NCBI GenBank assembly: GCA_017432885.1
Contig: JAFRIE010000013.1
Span: forward strand, 17,956 to 81,955
Direction: 5' to 3'
DNA length: 64,000 nt
From: Erysipelotrichaceae bacterium
GTDB lineage: Bacteria > Bacillota_I > Bacilli_A > Erysipelotrichales > Erysipelotrichaceae
Shown: positions 62,891 to 64,000 of the stretch, piece by piece
Layout of the letters: each line of letters opens with the position of its first letter
Position numbering within the stretch: position 1 is the stretch's first letter
Translations under genes and position numbers: made by a program
Notes under the pieces: model-generated
Told to the model about the DNA's origin: nothing
The model's input: the letters and a program-made list of their open reading frames with translations, nothing else
Database searches by the model: none

Positions 62891-63482
62891 CTTGTACCTC
62901 CTGTTCGTCAACAGCTTCTTTGACGCTGATATTTTCTTCCTCGGCCAGGGTATCCAGATACGCCATGGCCAGTTCATCGGTTTTCCTGAATTCTTCGCTT
63001 TGTTTGTCTAGACCCGGGAATTCGTTGACCCGGAAACGGATCACCGGTATTTCTTCGTGGTCCAGCAACATTTCGAAATATAGATCAGCGCTGTCTTCAT
63101 CCAGGTAATCGGCTTCCATGACGCTGATCTCACGGATGGCAGAGAACGGGATCACGTCGGCATTTTCTTTCTTCAGATCTTTTCTTTTCGAAAAAATGAA
63201 CTGTGAAGCGTGTTCATCGATATAAAGAGAATACTTGCCTTCCACTTTCTTGTCGGTCGTAAAGCCATCCAGTTTCTCCAGATTCGCTTTCCGGTATTGC
63301 AGATGTTTGTGGATATCTTCCACTGTTCGGCTTTCATAATCCTTGTCTTCCAGCCAGGAAGACGCCTTCTTAACACAGTTCCGACACAGGATACCGTCTT
63401 TCAGTTTCTTGTTTCCGAATTCGGTCAGTCTTTCTCCGCATAAGGAACAGACTTCCTCTGTATACTCCAGTTCATGATCCAT
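62883..63482 (-). CDS. DUF4428-like zinc-ribbon protein
   Basis: Start trimmed to MDHELEY, with GGAGG upstream. CSLCGERLTEFGNKKLKDGILCRNC zinc-ribbon pattern. Acidic C-terminus. Confidence 0.6.
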   Translation of the reverse strand: MDHELEYTEEVCSLCGERLTEFGNKKLKDGILCRNCVKKASSWLEDKDYESRTVEDIHKHLQYRKANLEKLDGFTTDKKVEGKYSLYIDEHASQFIFSKRKDLKKENADVIPFSAIREISVMEADYLDEDSADLYFEMLLDHEEIPVIRFRVNEFPGLDKQSEEFRKTDELAMAYLDTLAEEENISVKEAVDEQEVQDE

Positions 63483-63532
63483 GTATGAAACCTCCATACT
63501 TTTATTTTTATTGTATCGCATTTTTAGCGGAT

Positions 63533-63574
63533 AATAAAAACCGGATGCCTGCGGACATGTCCGCCTTCATCCGG
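63533..63574 (-). terminator. Intrinsic terminator after the TelA-like gene
   Basis: Nested hairpin CCGGAUG...GCGGAC-AU-GUCCGC...CAUCCGG followed by UUUUUAUU. Confidence 0.7.
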
Positions 63575-63607
63575 CAATACTATTTTACCTTAACGGAACA
63601 GAAATTA

Positions 63608-64000
63608 CTATTTGTTGACGACGTCGGTCAGTTCTTTCTGCAGTTCCGCTTCAATACGACGCAGTTCAACCTGGGCAGCAGCTCTCTTTTCTCTGCCTTC
63701 CGTCTGAATACGTTTGACTTCTTCCAGTGTCTCAATCAGTTTCTTGTTGGTTTCGGTCAGCGTCTCGATATCTACGATGCCTCTTTCGGATTCCTTGGCT
63801 GTCTCGATCGTCGCCATCTTCAGATTCTCGGCATTCTGTTTCAGCATCTTGTTGGTCATTTCGGATACTTCATTCTGGGCCTTGACGGCTTCCTTAGAGT
63901 GAGCAATACCCAACGCAATCAACATCTGTGATTTCCACAGAGGAATGGTATTGACCAGTGTAGACTGGATCTTTTCCGTCATCAGCGTATCGTTGTTCTG
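63608..64000 (-). CDS. Toxic anion resistance protein TelA family, C-terminal part (continues past the window)
   Basis: The frame stays open to position 64000. IPLWKSQMLIALGIAHSKEAVKAQ...IETLTETNKKLIETL matches the TelA C-terminal pattern. Confidence 0.75.
   Translation of the reverse strand, partial: QNNDTLMTEKIQSTLVNTIPLWKSQMLIALGIAHSKEAVKAQNEVSEMTNKMLKQNAENLKMATIETAKESERGIVDIETLTETNKKLIETLEEVKRIQTEGREKRAAAQVELRRIEAELQKELTDVVNK

Noticed and set aside
1-64000. CRISPR arrays, insertion sequences, integrases, prophage structural genes and rRNA genes.
   Set aside because: No regularly spaced repeats, transposase- or integrase-like ORFs, or rRNA-like sequence were seen on either strand.

Overview
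This is a Bacillota-type chromosome segment. The evidence is Gram-positive lipoboxes, GGAGG ribosome-binding sites and rnmV/rsmA/ispE/prs synteny. It is about 85% coding and almost all genes are on the minus strand.

Ordinary content:
- a CUT2 sugar ABC operon with a ROK regulator and a cre-overlapped promoter
- pcp-DUF979-DUF969
- azlCD
- histidine utilisation (hutH-hutU-hutI plus formimidoyltransferase and cyclodeaminase)
- nucleotide, isoprenoid and ribosome housekeeping genes

Accessory content:
- a 2019-aa secreted repeat protein inserted between rnmV and rsmA
- an XRE-HTH fused to a RelA/SpoT-type HD hydrolase, followed by a 57-aa membrane peptide
- a macro-HTH gene plus a vWA gene
- a HIRAN gene plus a WYL regulator
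- a CASTOR/POLLUX-like channel plus a SepF-like gene
- an NlpC/P60 gene broken by one amber codon

The stand-out region is 19.1-24.3 kb. There, rtcB follows a vWA/MIDAS protein of DUF2828 type, which has a Ro60-like architecture. The roughly 350-nt leader of that gene carries a tRNA-like module. A WYL-like gene is divergent from the operon. Convergent to the WYL-like gene is a very compact array of nine tRNA genes, several with non-canonical elbows or anticodon loops. I read this as a candidate tRNA damage repair and replacement locus.

All family calls come from motif recognition by eye. No searches or folding programs were run.
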